A stretch of DNA of 22,751 nt from an uncultured virus (IMG/VR IMGVR_UViG_3300021197_001353) (taxonomy: Duplodnaviria > Heunggongvirae > Uroviricota > Caudoviricetes). Below, piece after piece: positions 1 through 7,908 of this stretch. Within the stretch, counting starts at the first letter, position 1, and each line of letters begins with the position of its first letter. The stretch lies in the IMG/VR virus record IMGVR_UViG_3300021197_001353; one strand, given 5' to 3'. The notes beneath the pieces were generated by a model, which did not search any database, had not been told where the DNA came from, and saw only the letters and a list, made by a program, of their open reading frames with translations. Both the position numbers and the translations under genes were made by a program.

Positions 1-126
1 ACCAGCGGTCGTAATGCGTACAGAGCAGCGAATCAGGGCATGTACCAGAACATGTTGGAGGCAGTGCAGATGCTTGAGGGGTCTACCCCTGAGGCTGGTA
101 AGAACTACGAACACAAATGCGAATAA
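1..126 (+). CDS. 3' end of an upstream gene (partial), probably a large virion/cargo protein
   Basis: Frame 1 is open from base 1 to TAA at 124-126 (TSGRNAYRAANQGMYQNMLEAVQMLEGSTPEAGKNYEHKCE*) and ends 3 nt before the next ATG. Confidence 0.75.
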   Translation, partial: TSGRNAYRAANQGMYQNMLEAVQMLEGSTPEAGKNYEHKCE

Positions 127-129
127 CAG

Positions 130-3100
130 ATGGCTTGTGAAGTAAAAATAAACGGTAAGCCGTCAGCTATCATGACGGAGATCTTCCAGTATCTAGAAGA
201 CAACGACGGAACAACTCGTAGCCCTCAGGATATCTACACCATCATGGAAAACTATGGTGTGGTGAAGTTCTTCCCAGAGCAGGGTCAGTTCGTAGCAGAG
301 AAAGACATGGAGGAAGCGTTGAGTGACATCAACAAAGCTGTGCAAGGACTGCTCGAGACAGACCTACCAATACTGGTGTTCAGGGATAGAGGCAAGTACT
401 TACAGGTTGAGGTAGACATGAACAGTCTCAACCAGATACCTATGCCCAACCCTAATAATCCTGGCACTCACGTAGGTGAGGAGGACGTAACTCAGGACTC
501 TACAGAAGAGGAGCAGGAGTTGGATGAGGAAGAAGATAACGTAGAGGGCGGTAAGCAAGGGGAGGACACAGCTGGTAAGAACCTGGAGAAGGAAGCCTTT
601 GCAATGAAGGATGACCTCGAGTATGTGACAGAGCAGATCGTTGTCAATTTGGACAAACAGATAGAGAGACTCGAGAGACTGTCTATAGACTCACCCAAAG
701 CCAACGAATACGTAAGGGAGATGGAACTGTTGCGCAGACAGATGCGTAAGGTGAAGAAGGGCAAAGAGAAGTTGGACGATTACATCGACTTTATTCTGTA
801 CGCAGGCAGAGTTGCTGACAGATCTCAGGTGTTGGTAGACAAGATACGTCAGGAGTATGCCGGTACATGGAAGACACAGTCAACAGAAGAAAGAGCAAAG
901 ACTTTGCGCAAGATGGTAGAGCTGCAAGAGACACTCAACGCATTCTATTCTAAAGACGAAGAGAACTCCCTGATGAACATGTTGGCTCGTAAGATTCGTA
1001 ATACGCCAGGCAACATATCAGAGGAAGCAGCAGACATGCTGGCTGCAATCGATGAGACCAACAACACGATGGGACTGATCAACAAAGCATACATGGATAC
1101 GATCATACCTATCCTTGGTGACTACCTGTTGTCGTTTGCACCCATGGATGTGAACAAAGAGCTGGATGAGAAGATCGCAGCTATCAAAGAGAACAAGAGA
1201 CTAATAGGTTACTCCCGGTTGGACCGTCGCCACAAAAGAGGCTTGAGCTTTCAAGAGAAGCTTGACCTGAACGTACTCCAACTGCAGGAGAAGAAGCTGA
1301 GCCGTCAGAAGATTATCGATGAACTCAGAGAGACACACAAAGATGTCTCCATGTTCTCGTTGTACCTTGATCCACTTGTACACAGTTCAGATGTAACACT
1401 GCAGCTGTTCGGGATGAGCATGAAGGAACTTGAGGTTAATGCATACGAGCAGAGCCTGCAAGACAAGTACGAGATAGGGGAAGCATTTGCTGCATTCAAG
1501 GCAGCCAATTCTGCTAGTGAGGACAACCCAGCCAACTTTTACAGAGACGTCATCGAGAAGGTGACGCTGTCACGTAGAGGCAAGGATGGCAAGTACGAAC
1601 TGCAAGAGGTGATGAGCTTTGTGCAGCCATTCGACGTGACTAAGTTCTACAAGAGTCAGCATGCAGCCTTTCAGAAAGCACGTAAGCGTTGGAACATGCC
1701 AGAAGATCCATCAGAGTTGGACAACTGGTTCGAGAGTGAGCAAGGCAAGGGTTATCTGAATGAGACAGCTCAATGGTACAGGGACAATACAGAGAAGATA
1801 CCTGACGCCGATCAGATGTTCCAGGACATGCTAGAGAGACAGCGTGATTTGGAGATAGAAATACAAGGAGCACGCAACGAAGGTGACGAGATGAAACTGC
1901 AGATGTTGTATCTCGATAAGAATGCAGTAGACGATGACATCGAACGCAGCCGTGGCTATGTCATGGATGAGAGTGGTGCTAGAACGATGGTATACAAGGG
2001 CCTGCTCGTGCAGCCCAAAACCCAGATCTACGAGAACACTAAGTTCAAGGAGATGCCTGCCTACGCGCGTGAATTCTATAACACTGCTATATCTACATAC
2101 AACAAATCTCAACGTAAGGTAGGTAGGAGTGCATTGTACGTAAACCGCTGGCAGGAAGACAACTTCTCGTACATACTGCCCAGTATTCGTATCTCAGGAT
2201 ACGACCAGGTGCAAGAGACGGGTGCAGGAAAGACCCTTAAGAATCTTGGTCAGGATTGGTTTACCACACAGGAGACAGACACAGAGTATGGCGAGCTGCT
2301 GCGTGCCAACGGAGAGAAGACAAAGTTCATACCTAGATACTTCACCAACACGATAGATGCTGGGCTGGTATCGAAGGATGTCGCCACAAGCGTGATCAAG
2401 TTTGCTGACATGGCAAACAGATATGAGAGCAAGGCAAAGATGACTGGTGTGGTGAACGCTATGCAGTCTGCAATCGGGGACCGCAAGGTCAAGTTCATGA
2501 CGTCCAGTGGTAACATCAGACTAGATAGGATTGCACAGAAGTTTGGTTATCAGCTCGAGCCATTTGAGGCAAAGGACATGGACGGTAAGGATAGCAACTC
2601 ATTCAAGCAGCTGATGTCATTCGTCGACAACGTGTATTATGGTCGGTCTAACCTACAGAACCAGGAGGACGATGCAATCATGGGTGGTCTATCCAAAGCC
2701 AAGATGGCCATGGCAGCTCGCACATTCACAGCATTCAGCTCCCTGTCACTCAACACACTGCAGGCAACCAACCAGATCATACTTGACCATACCATGGGTA
2801 ACCAAGAGGCATGGGCTGAACAGTTCTACTCAAAGGAGAATGCAGCGTATGCTACACGTATGACGTACAAGATTGGGAATATGCTAGGTGCTCTGAAAGA
2901 CACACCTAAGTTCATGAAAGCCAATAAGGTAGCTTCATTCCTAGAGTGGGCAGATGCCATGCAGCACTTTGGTGGAGCATTTGGTGGGGAGACGGGCACA
3001 GCAGTCAAGAAGGCATTCTCCTTGGATGGTGCGTTCTTTCTGCAACATGGTGCTGAATACCAAACGACGGCTGTAAGAGCTCTGGCACTAGCTGACTCAT

Positions 3101-3972
3101 ATAAGGGTAAGCTGAAGGATAAGAAGGGCAAGGTAATACAGATCAATGGGAGAGATGCCAACCTGTTCGATGTGATGAAACGTAACAAGCAGGGCAGATT
3201 GGTGGTAGACCCCAAGGTTGCAAACTTTAATAAGACAGAGTATGTAGCAAAACTACACGGTCTGTTGAAGAGAACTAACCAATTGAAGGGAAGATTTGAT
3301 ACACCTCTGGCCAACAGAAGTAATCTGGGTAAGATGCTTATGCTGTTCAAAAACTATTTCGAACCTGGTTACAGAAAAAGACTGGGTCATGGTGCCGGTG
3401 GAGCTCACACAGATGTTGAGCTTGGTGCTGTGACTGAGGGATACTACGCAACCATGTTTAATCTTGTGTCCAGCGCCGTACAGAACAAGAACCTAAGCTC
3501 TACGTTTGCTGGTCTCACTGCTGGTGAGAAACAGAACGTACGTAGGACTGTGCAAGACATGGTAGTTATAGCTGCCATCACGGCATTACAAGCAGTGGTA
3601 TCTGGTATCAAGGATGATGATGATGAGTCGTATGCTGCTGACTTTGCAACGTACCAGCTGTTGAGGCTGAGAGCAGAAGTTGCGCAGTTCTTGAATCCTA
3701 TCACCTACGCAAGCATGGTCACTGATCCTACAGCTGTGGCTAATCCAGTAAGGCATCTGTATGATTTTACATCGCAGACATTTACAGAGGGTATGTACGC
3801 AATAGGTCTCTCCAATGAGGAGGATGTCTTCTACCAACGAAGGACTGGATTGTTTGACAAGGGTGACAGGAAGTGGGTAAAGTCCTTCTACGACGTCATG
3901 CCCGGTGCACGTGGTATATTTAAATCACGTGACCCTGAGTCAGCAGCCAAATGGTTCCTGTTGAACATGTAA
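130..3972 (+). CDS. Large (1280 aa) putative virion cargo/ejection protein
   Basis: Long ORF that looks mostly helical, with an acidic linker near aa 116-147 and a C-terminal hydrophobic segment followed by an acidic run (MVVIAAITALQAVVSGIKDDDDE). It is the last large gene of the + strand block facing the replication block, as in crAss-like genomes. Function is inferred. Confidence 0.65.
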   Translation: MACEVKINGKPSAIMTEIFQYLEDNDGTTRSPQDIYTIMENYGVVKFFPEQGQFVAEKDMEEALSDINKAVQGLLETDLPILVFRDRGKYLQVEVDMNSLNQIPMPNPNNPGTHVGEEDVTQDSTEEEQELDEEEDNVEGGKQGEDTAGKNLEKEAFAMKDDLEYVTEQIVVNLDKQIERLERLSIDSPKANEYVREMELLRRQMRKVKKGKEKLDDYIDFILYAGRVADRSQVLVDKIRQEYAGTWKTQSTEERAKTLRKMVELQETLNAFYSKDEENSLMNMLARKIRNTPGNISEEAADMLAAIDETNNTMGLINKAYMDTIIPILGDYLLSFAPMDVNKELDEKIAAIKENKRLIGYSRLDRRHKRGLSFQEKLDLNVLQLQEKKLSRQKIIDELRETHKDVSMFSLYLDPLVHSSDVTLQLFGMSMKELEVNAYEQSLQDKYEIGEAFAAFKAANSASEDNPANFYRDVIEKVTLSRRGKDGKYELQEVMSFVQPFDVTKFYKSQHAAFQKARKRWNMPEDPSELDNWFESEQGKGYLNETAQWYRDNTEKIPDADQMFQDMLERQRDLEIEIQGARNEGDEMKLQMLYLDKNAVDDDIERSRGYVMDESGARTMVYKGLLVQPKTQIYENTKFKEMPAYAREFYNTAISTYNKSQRKVGRSALYVNRWQEDNFSYILPSIRISGYDQVQETGAGKTLKNLGQDWFTTQETDTEYGELLRANGEKTKFIPRYFTNTIDAGLVSKDVATSVIKFADMANRYESKAKMTGVVNAMQSAIGDRKVKFMTSSGNIRLDRIAQKFGYQLEPFEAKDMDGKDSNSFKQLMSFVDNVYYGRSNLQNQEDDAIMGGLSKAKMAMAARTFTAFSSLSLNTLQATNQIILDHTMGNQEAWAEQFYSKENAAYATRMTYKIGNMLGALKDTPKFMKANKVASFLEWADAMQHFGGAFGGETGTAVKKAFSLDGAFFLQHGAEYQTTAVRALALADSYKGKLKDKKGKVIQINGRDANLFDVMKRNKQGRLVVDPKVANFNKTEYVAKLHGLLKRTNQLKGRFDTPLANRSNLGKMLMLFKNYFEPGYRKRLGHGAGGAHTDVELGAVTEGYYATMFNLVSSAVQNKNLSSTFAGLTAGEKQNVRRTVQDMVVIAAITALQAVVSGIKDDDDESYAADFATYQLLRLRAEVAQFLNPITYASMVTDPTAVANPVRHLYDFTSQTFTEGMYAIGLSNEEDVFYQRRTGLFDKGDRKWVKSFYDVMPGARGIFKSRDPESAAKWFLLNM

Positions 3973-4023
3973 CCTTGTATGGTTACCTCCCGTACAGGGA
4001 GTATGTCTTGGGGCACTTACATA

Positions 4024-4209
4024 ATGGACCTTCTTCTGCTGCTGACAGCCTATGGGAATAACATAGACCCAAACTCAGACGCTGCGCAGTTCGACTACAA
4101 TGGTAACGGGATAATCGATAACTCTGATTTCCTTCATCTACTATCTCTTCAACCCCCTATCGCTGACTTTCTCACTGTTGAGAATTCAATGATAAATGAA
4201 AGAAGATGA
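4024..4209 (+). CDS. Small protein with a dockerin/EF-hand-like Ca2+-binding loop
   Basis: FDYNGNGIIDNSDFLHLL fits the DxNxN/DGxxxxxD loop followed by a hydrophobic helix; it is preceded by DLLLLLTAYG. The start could instead be 3979 or 4003. Confidence 0.55.
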   Translation: MDLLLLLTAYGNNIDPNSDAAQFDYNGNGIIDNSDFLHLLSLQPPIADFLTVENSMINERR

Positions 4210-4236
4210 GTTGTATAATCCCATATATTAGTAGCC

Positions 4237-4455
4237 ATGAAGAGGCAAGTTGTAAAAGTAGTTTGTTCTAAGGATCTGAAGTTTGTGCACATCGATGCAG
4301 GCATGAATGATCTTGGGGTACAGCGAATCTCAACGGAGACTAATGAGGAGTCAGTGATTCATCATTACCTCCAACCAGCTATAGACGCTGAGATACGTAG
4401 AGAATTCCCAGAACTGAGTGATGCAGCGTTAACCATAAACTTCACCTTCGTTTGA
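4237..4455 (+). CDS. Hypothetical protein (72 aa)
   Basis: ATG-started ORF filling the space between an AT-rich gap and the terminator. Confidence 0.6.
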   Translation: MKRQVVKVVCSKDLKFVHIDAGMNDLGVQRISTETNEESVIHHYLQPAIDAEIRREFPELSDAALTINFTFV

Positions 4456-4463
4456 AGGGCCGT

Positions 4464-4491
4464 AAAAAGGGGGGCCGTTAGGCCCCCTTTT
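4464..4491. terminator. Bidirectional intrinsic terminator
   Basis: AAAAA-GGGGGGCC-GTTA-GGCCCCC-TTTT lies between the convergent stop codons at 4455 (+) and 4493 (-). Confidence 0.9.
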
Positions 4492-4492
4492 C

Positions 4493-5227
4493 TTATACAG
4501 TCTCTGGTATAGCATTGAAGAAATCAATGTGTTTGTCTAGATGTTTATTGATCTTGACAAAGTGATCACATCCAAAGAACCCTGCTTTACCACCTGAGTA
4601 TGCTTCAGCCGCAGGATGCGGTGCAGTCAGCAGATGGTGTGACACCTCACATTCCTCAGGAAAGAGAGACATGATTGGTTCTTCGTGCTTGACATAGGCC
4701 TTAGTCATAAGCTCAGCAGCATCCTTACCCCACGCAACAAACACTACGTTGTTGTGGTTGGCAATGATACGTTTGATTACTTGTAACGTAAACCCATCCC
4801 ATATCTTCTTATGAGAATTAGGCTGCTTCTCACGCACAGTCAATGACGTGTTGATGAGTAGCACACCCTGTCTAGCCCAATGCTCAAGACTTGTATCAAA
4901 GTTCTTATCGACATCTACATAGTAGCTATCGTGTAGTTCCTTGACTATGTTCCTGAGACTGGGAGACATCTTCCCATTGTTTGTAGCAAACGCTAGTCCA
5001 GTAGCAATCCCATTGTGATAGGGATCTTGTCCTAGTATGACCACACGCAAGTCATGGAACTGCGTGAGCTCGAAAGCACGGAACACATTAGCCTGGGAGG
5101 GATAACATGTACCAGAGGTATACTCTTGCTTAAGAGCGTCACGCAGGACCATAAACTTTTGTGAGTCAAAAATTGGCTTAAGGACTGGCCACCAGTCCCC
5201 AAGCTTGTTTTTTAATTTATCATTCAT
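4493..5227 (-). CDS. ung: Uracil-DNA glycosylase, family 1
   Basis: Motifs VVILGQDPYH, GLAF, SPSLRNI, WARQGVLLINTSLTV, WG and HPAA (HPSP-like). Confidence 0.95.
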   Translation of the reverse strand: MNDKLKNKLGDWWPVLKPIFDSQKFMVLRDALKQEYTSGTCYPSQANVFRAFELTQFHDLRVVILGQDPYHNGIATGLAFATNNGKMSPSLRNIVKELHDSYYVDVDKNFDTSLEHWARQGVLLINTSLTVREKQPNSHKKIWDGFTLQVIKRIIANHNNVVFVAWGKDAAELMTKAYVKHEEPIMSLFPEECEVSHHLLTAPHPAAEAYSGGKAGFFGCDHFVKINKHLDKHIDFFNAIPETV

Positions 5228-5997
5228 TATAACGATCTCTTCTTTACAGCGTAGTATTCCGGATTAAATATTTCTTTTTCTAAACTTGGTTTGTCATGCA
5301 GTTCACTATCGGGAGGTAGAACTACGTCAAGCCTGTCTTCAAGCTTTCTGCGTAGACTCTCCGACTGGAACAGTATCTTACCAGTCTGTCCATCGATGTC
5401 AAAGTTGTGGAACTCTAGTATCTTAAGCTTCCACAGATCGTCTATCTGTGAATACTTACCAGCTACATAGTGTTCGTACGAAGATTTGGCACCGTCCGGA
5501 ACATCAAACACAAACATTACGTGATAAGGATCGGGATCGAACTTAGCACGAAAGTGTCTGAATGAGCACAAAGCAGACTCAAACTTTAAGAACATGCTAT
5601 CACCAGAATACCTGAACAAGAGACATATACAGTCGCTGTGTTCTGGAGTTCCTATGAAAGCGTTCACAAAGAGAGAGTCCCACATATACAACTTGCGATT
5701 CCCCGTAAGGAAAGGCATGATGAATATGCTAGAATTGGTGAGTGTTGCCACCATCAGTTCATAGCTTACAAGTCTGGCATCTATATAGCCTGGCTTGATT
5801 ACATTGACTTTGTATGGAGACTTGGGTCGAGGATACACAGTATCCCCAACCCGTATCTCTATTCTGCAGTCATCATAGTCGCATATGAGTGATTCTATGT
5901 CAATATCACCTGTCTTTGTACAATTAGTGAGATCACCTGTGAGTCGAACAGTCCTCCCATTTTGGGGGGTCAGTACAATTTTACCACAGGTTACCAT
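5227..5997 (-). CDS. Hypothetical phage protein (~256 aa)
   Basis: Long ORF coupled to ung by TAATG. The likely start is the ATG at 5997 (MVTCGK), overlapping the end of the exonuclease gene. Confidence 0.75.
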   Translation of the reverse strand: MVTCGKIVLTPQNGRTVRLTGDLTNCTKTGDIDIESLICDYDDCRIEIRVGDTVYPRPKSPYKVNVIKPGYIDARLVSYELMVATLTNSSIFIMPFLTGNRKLYMWDSLFVNAFIGTPEHSDCICLLFRYSGDSMFLKFESALCSFRHFRAKFDPDPYHVMFVFDVPDGAKSSYEHYVAGKYSQIDDLWKLKILEFHNFDIDGQTGKILFQSESLRRKLEDRLDVVLPPDSELHDKPSLEKEIFNPEYYAVKKRSL

Positions 5998-6748
5998 CGT
6001 CGGGGGGTATTTGTTGTTTAACATCTAGGTGGGGGAGCATCAATCCAGTCTCACGTTGAATATCAGCCTGTGTCTTCAATAGATACACAAGTCTGAAGTT
6101 CTTATGAAACTCCATGAGTCCCTCCACCATACCAAACTTCTCGACATACTGCTTCACGGCAAAGCCCTCGAAATCATTCTTTCGATTCTTAAGCCAGTTA
6201 GTAGATGTCTTGTCCCCAACACCAGGTATACCTTTGATGTTATCTGTGCTGTCCCCCATAAGCACCTGCTTCCAAAGAAACTTGTTAGCTTCTTCGGGAG
6301 TAGTGTGCCAGAACTCTCCTTTCTGATAATTGTAGTGCATGCCAATACATTGGCCAAGCACATCTTTATCAGGAGAACATACTATGGTAGATCGGTTGTC
6401 ACTGTACGAGTAGTAACTAACCAGATCATCAGCCTCCAATTGCTTCACTGCCCAAAAGCCATACTTCTGTGTGAGGTATTCTTTCATGGCATGGAAGATC
6501 GGGGGCTTTGGTTTACCCTTTCTGTTCCCTTTGTAGTCGGGATCTACACCATACCGAAAGCATCGGCCTGATGTAAAGTACCCGTCAAACAAAGTGGTGT
6601 TGCATTCAGATAGGATATGCTCAATACGTTGATCCAATCCGTAGATTGCTTGTTCGTATGTGGGCTTATCCATCTCGTAGTACAACAGAGAGTCTGCATC
6701 GATGAGACATATATTCCCATCGGGCGGGAGTCGTTCGATGCTACCCAT
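5981..6748 (-). CDS. 5'-3' exonuclease / flap endonuclease (T7 gp6, T4 RNase H-like)
   Basis: Motifs LIDADSL, YKGNR, LEADD, SPDKD, GDSTDNIKGIPGVGDKT. The start at 6748 is coupled to the rIIB stop by TAATG. Confidence 0.92.
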   Translation of the reverse strand: MGSIERLPPDGNICLIDADSLLYYEMDKPTYEQAIYGLDQRIEHILSECNTTLFDGYFTSGRCFRYGVDPDYKGNRKGKPKPPIFHAMKEYLTQKYGFWAVKQLEADDLVSYYSYSDNRSTIVCSPDKDVLGQCIGMHYNYQKGEFWHTTPEEANKFLWKQVLMGDSTDNIKGIPGVGDKTSTNWLKNRKNDFEGFAVKQYVEKFGMVEGLMEFHKNFRLVYLLKTQADIQRETGLMLPHLDVKQQIPPDDGNLW

Positions 6749-7908
6749 TATAGCATACGAACTTTCTCTACACTGTTGGTCTGGTATTCTATTATCTCCT
6801 CCTTCATCTCTTCCCACTCATCATTAGTGAGAGAAGCGTAAGTAGAGGAGTGATACATGCTACCGTTGACACCTGCAAGGCTCGAATGAACGAAGTATTG
6901 CAGACAACGAATAGCACCATCACTAGAATTAGGAACAGCTCCAACGTGCATAGGATCGATAAACACATTGTGAATCTCTCCAGAATACCAAGCGATGTAC
7001 TTGAGACCACCAACGTGTAAACCCTTGACACAGCTCCTATTATCATCAGTGTCCACCATCTCCCATCCTGGGAGTCTGTGTGTACAACCAACTTTGATAA
7101 AGTGCTGTGGGCTGGAATACCCATTGGCTCCCTCACAGTAAAATGCATCACCGCTCTGACCTTTGACAGATGGTTCGAAAAGTCTGTCCTCCACAAATTC
7201 TGGGAGTCCTTCACTCTCGATCTCACCTGTGTCAACGTTAAAGGTCCGCTGATAGCGAGGAACTTCTTCCCCAGTCTCAGCGTCATACTTTGTCAGTATC
7301 TCACGAGATACTTTGAAAGCATTGACAAGACCTTCCTTGGTGATCTTCACTTGGTACATGGTTGCTCGCTGTGTAGCGAGTTCTTCACTCAGTCCGTGCT
7401 CTTCCATAAACTCTTTGAGGAGCTGTGGGTGCACGTACTTCATGTCAATGAATTCGAAGAAGCGCTTGGTGAACTCTTCACCTCTGCCTACTTCCTGCTT
7501 CATGTGCAGTACAGGATTACGTAGCCATCTCACCCAGAGCTTGGCAAGCGGTGTGGTATCAATACCCCCATCATAAGAGTCTAGTATCCTGTTGACCAGG
7601 GACTCAGGGAGGGGAGCATCGATGACATCACCGTTGTCATACTCTATGAAATACCTACCAGCAGGATCTTTACTCATAAACAGATCACCTGCAATGTGTG
7701 CAATGTGACGTCTTGTAGTAAGATCCTCTGTAGTTAACAATGCAAACTCAGCGAGTATGTCATTGTATTCTTCCACCGTAGCAGCCATGTCAGCTTTCTT
7801 AGAAAGCTCCAACATCTGCTCATAGATATCCTTCTCGAATGAACGAGAGTACGGGGTGTTACCGTAGCTGCCGGATATCATCTCACCTATAACATTGATA
7901 GATATCAT
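6748..7908 (-). CDS. rIIB: rIIB-like protein
   Basis: GLVNAFKV and DTDDNRSCVKGLHVGG resemble the rIIB CSxGLH signature. It overlaps the rIIA-like gene by ATGA. Confidence 0.8.
   Translation of the reverse strand: MISINVIGEMISGSYGNTPYSRSFEKDIYEQMLELSKKADMAATVEEYNDILAEFALLTTEDLTTRRHIAHIAGDLFMSKDPAGRYFIEYDNGDVIDAPLPESLVNRILDSYDGGIDTTPLAKLWVRWLRNPVLHMKQEVGRGEEFTKRFFEFIDMKYVHPQLLKEFMEEHGLSEELATQRATMYQVKITKEGLVNAFKVSREILTKYDAETGEEVPRYQRTFNVDTGEIESEGLPEFVEDRLFEPSVKGQSGDAFYCEGANGYSSPQHFIKVGCTHRLPGWEMVDTDDNRSCVKGLHVGGLKYIAWYSGEIHNVFIDPMHVGAVPNSSDGAIRCLQYFVHSSLAGVNGSMYHSSTYASLTNDEWEEMKEEIIEYQTNSVEKVRML

Noticed and set aside
285..3837. Many short antisense or alternate-frame ORFs here and across the - strand block
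   Set aside because: They are shadows of long genes with clear motifs and have no recognisable domains or initiation context.
4210..4236. Promoter for the 4237 gene (TATAAT, TATATTAG)
   Set aside because: It is a single AT-rich instance with no matching upstream element and no second copy to define a phage motif.
7218..7285. Repeated (E/D)TGE peptide in rIIB and at the C-terminus of the 191-aa protein
   Set aside because: This short beta-turn motif is common in phage proteins and is not evidence of a shared system.
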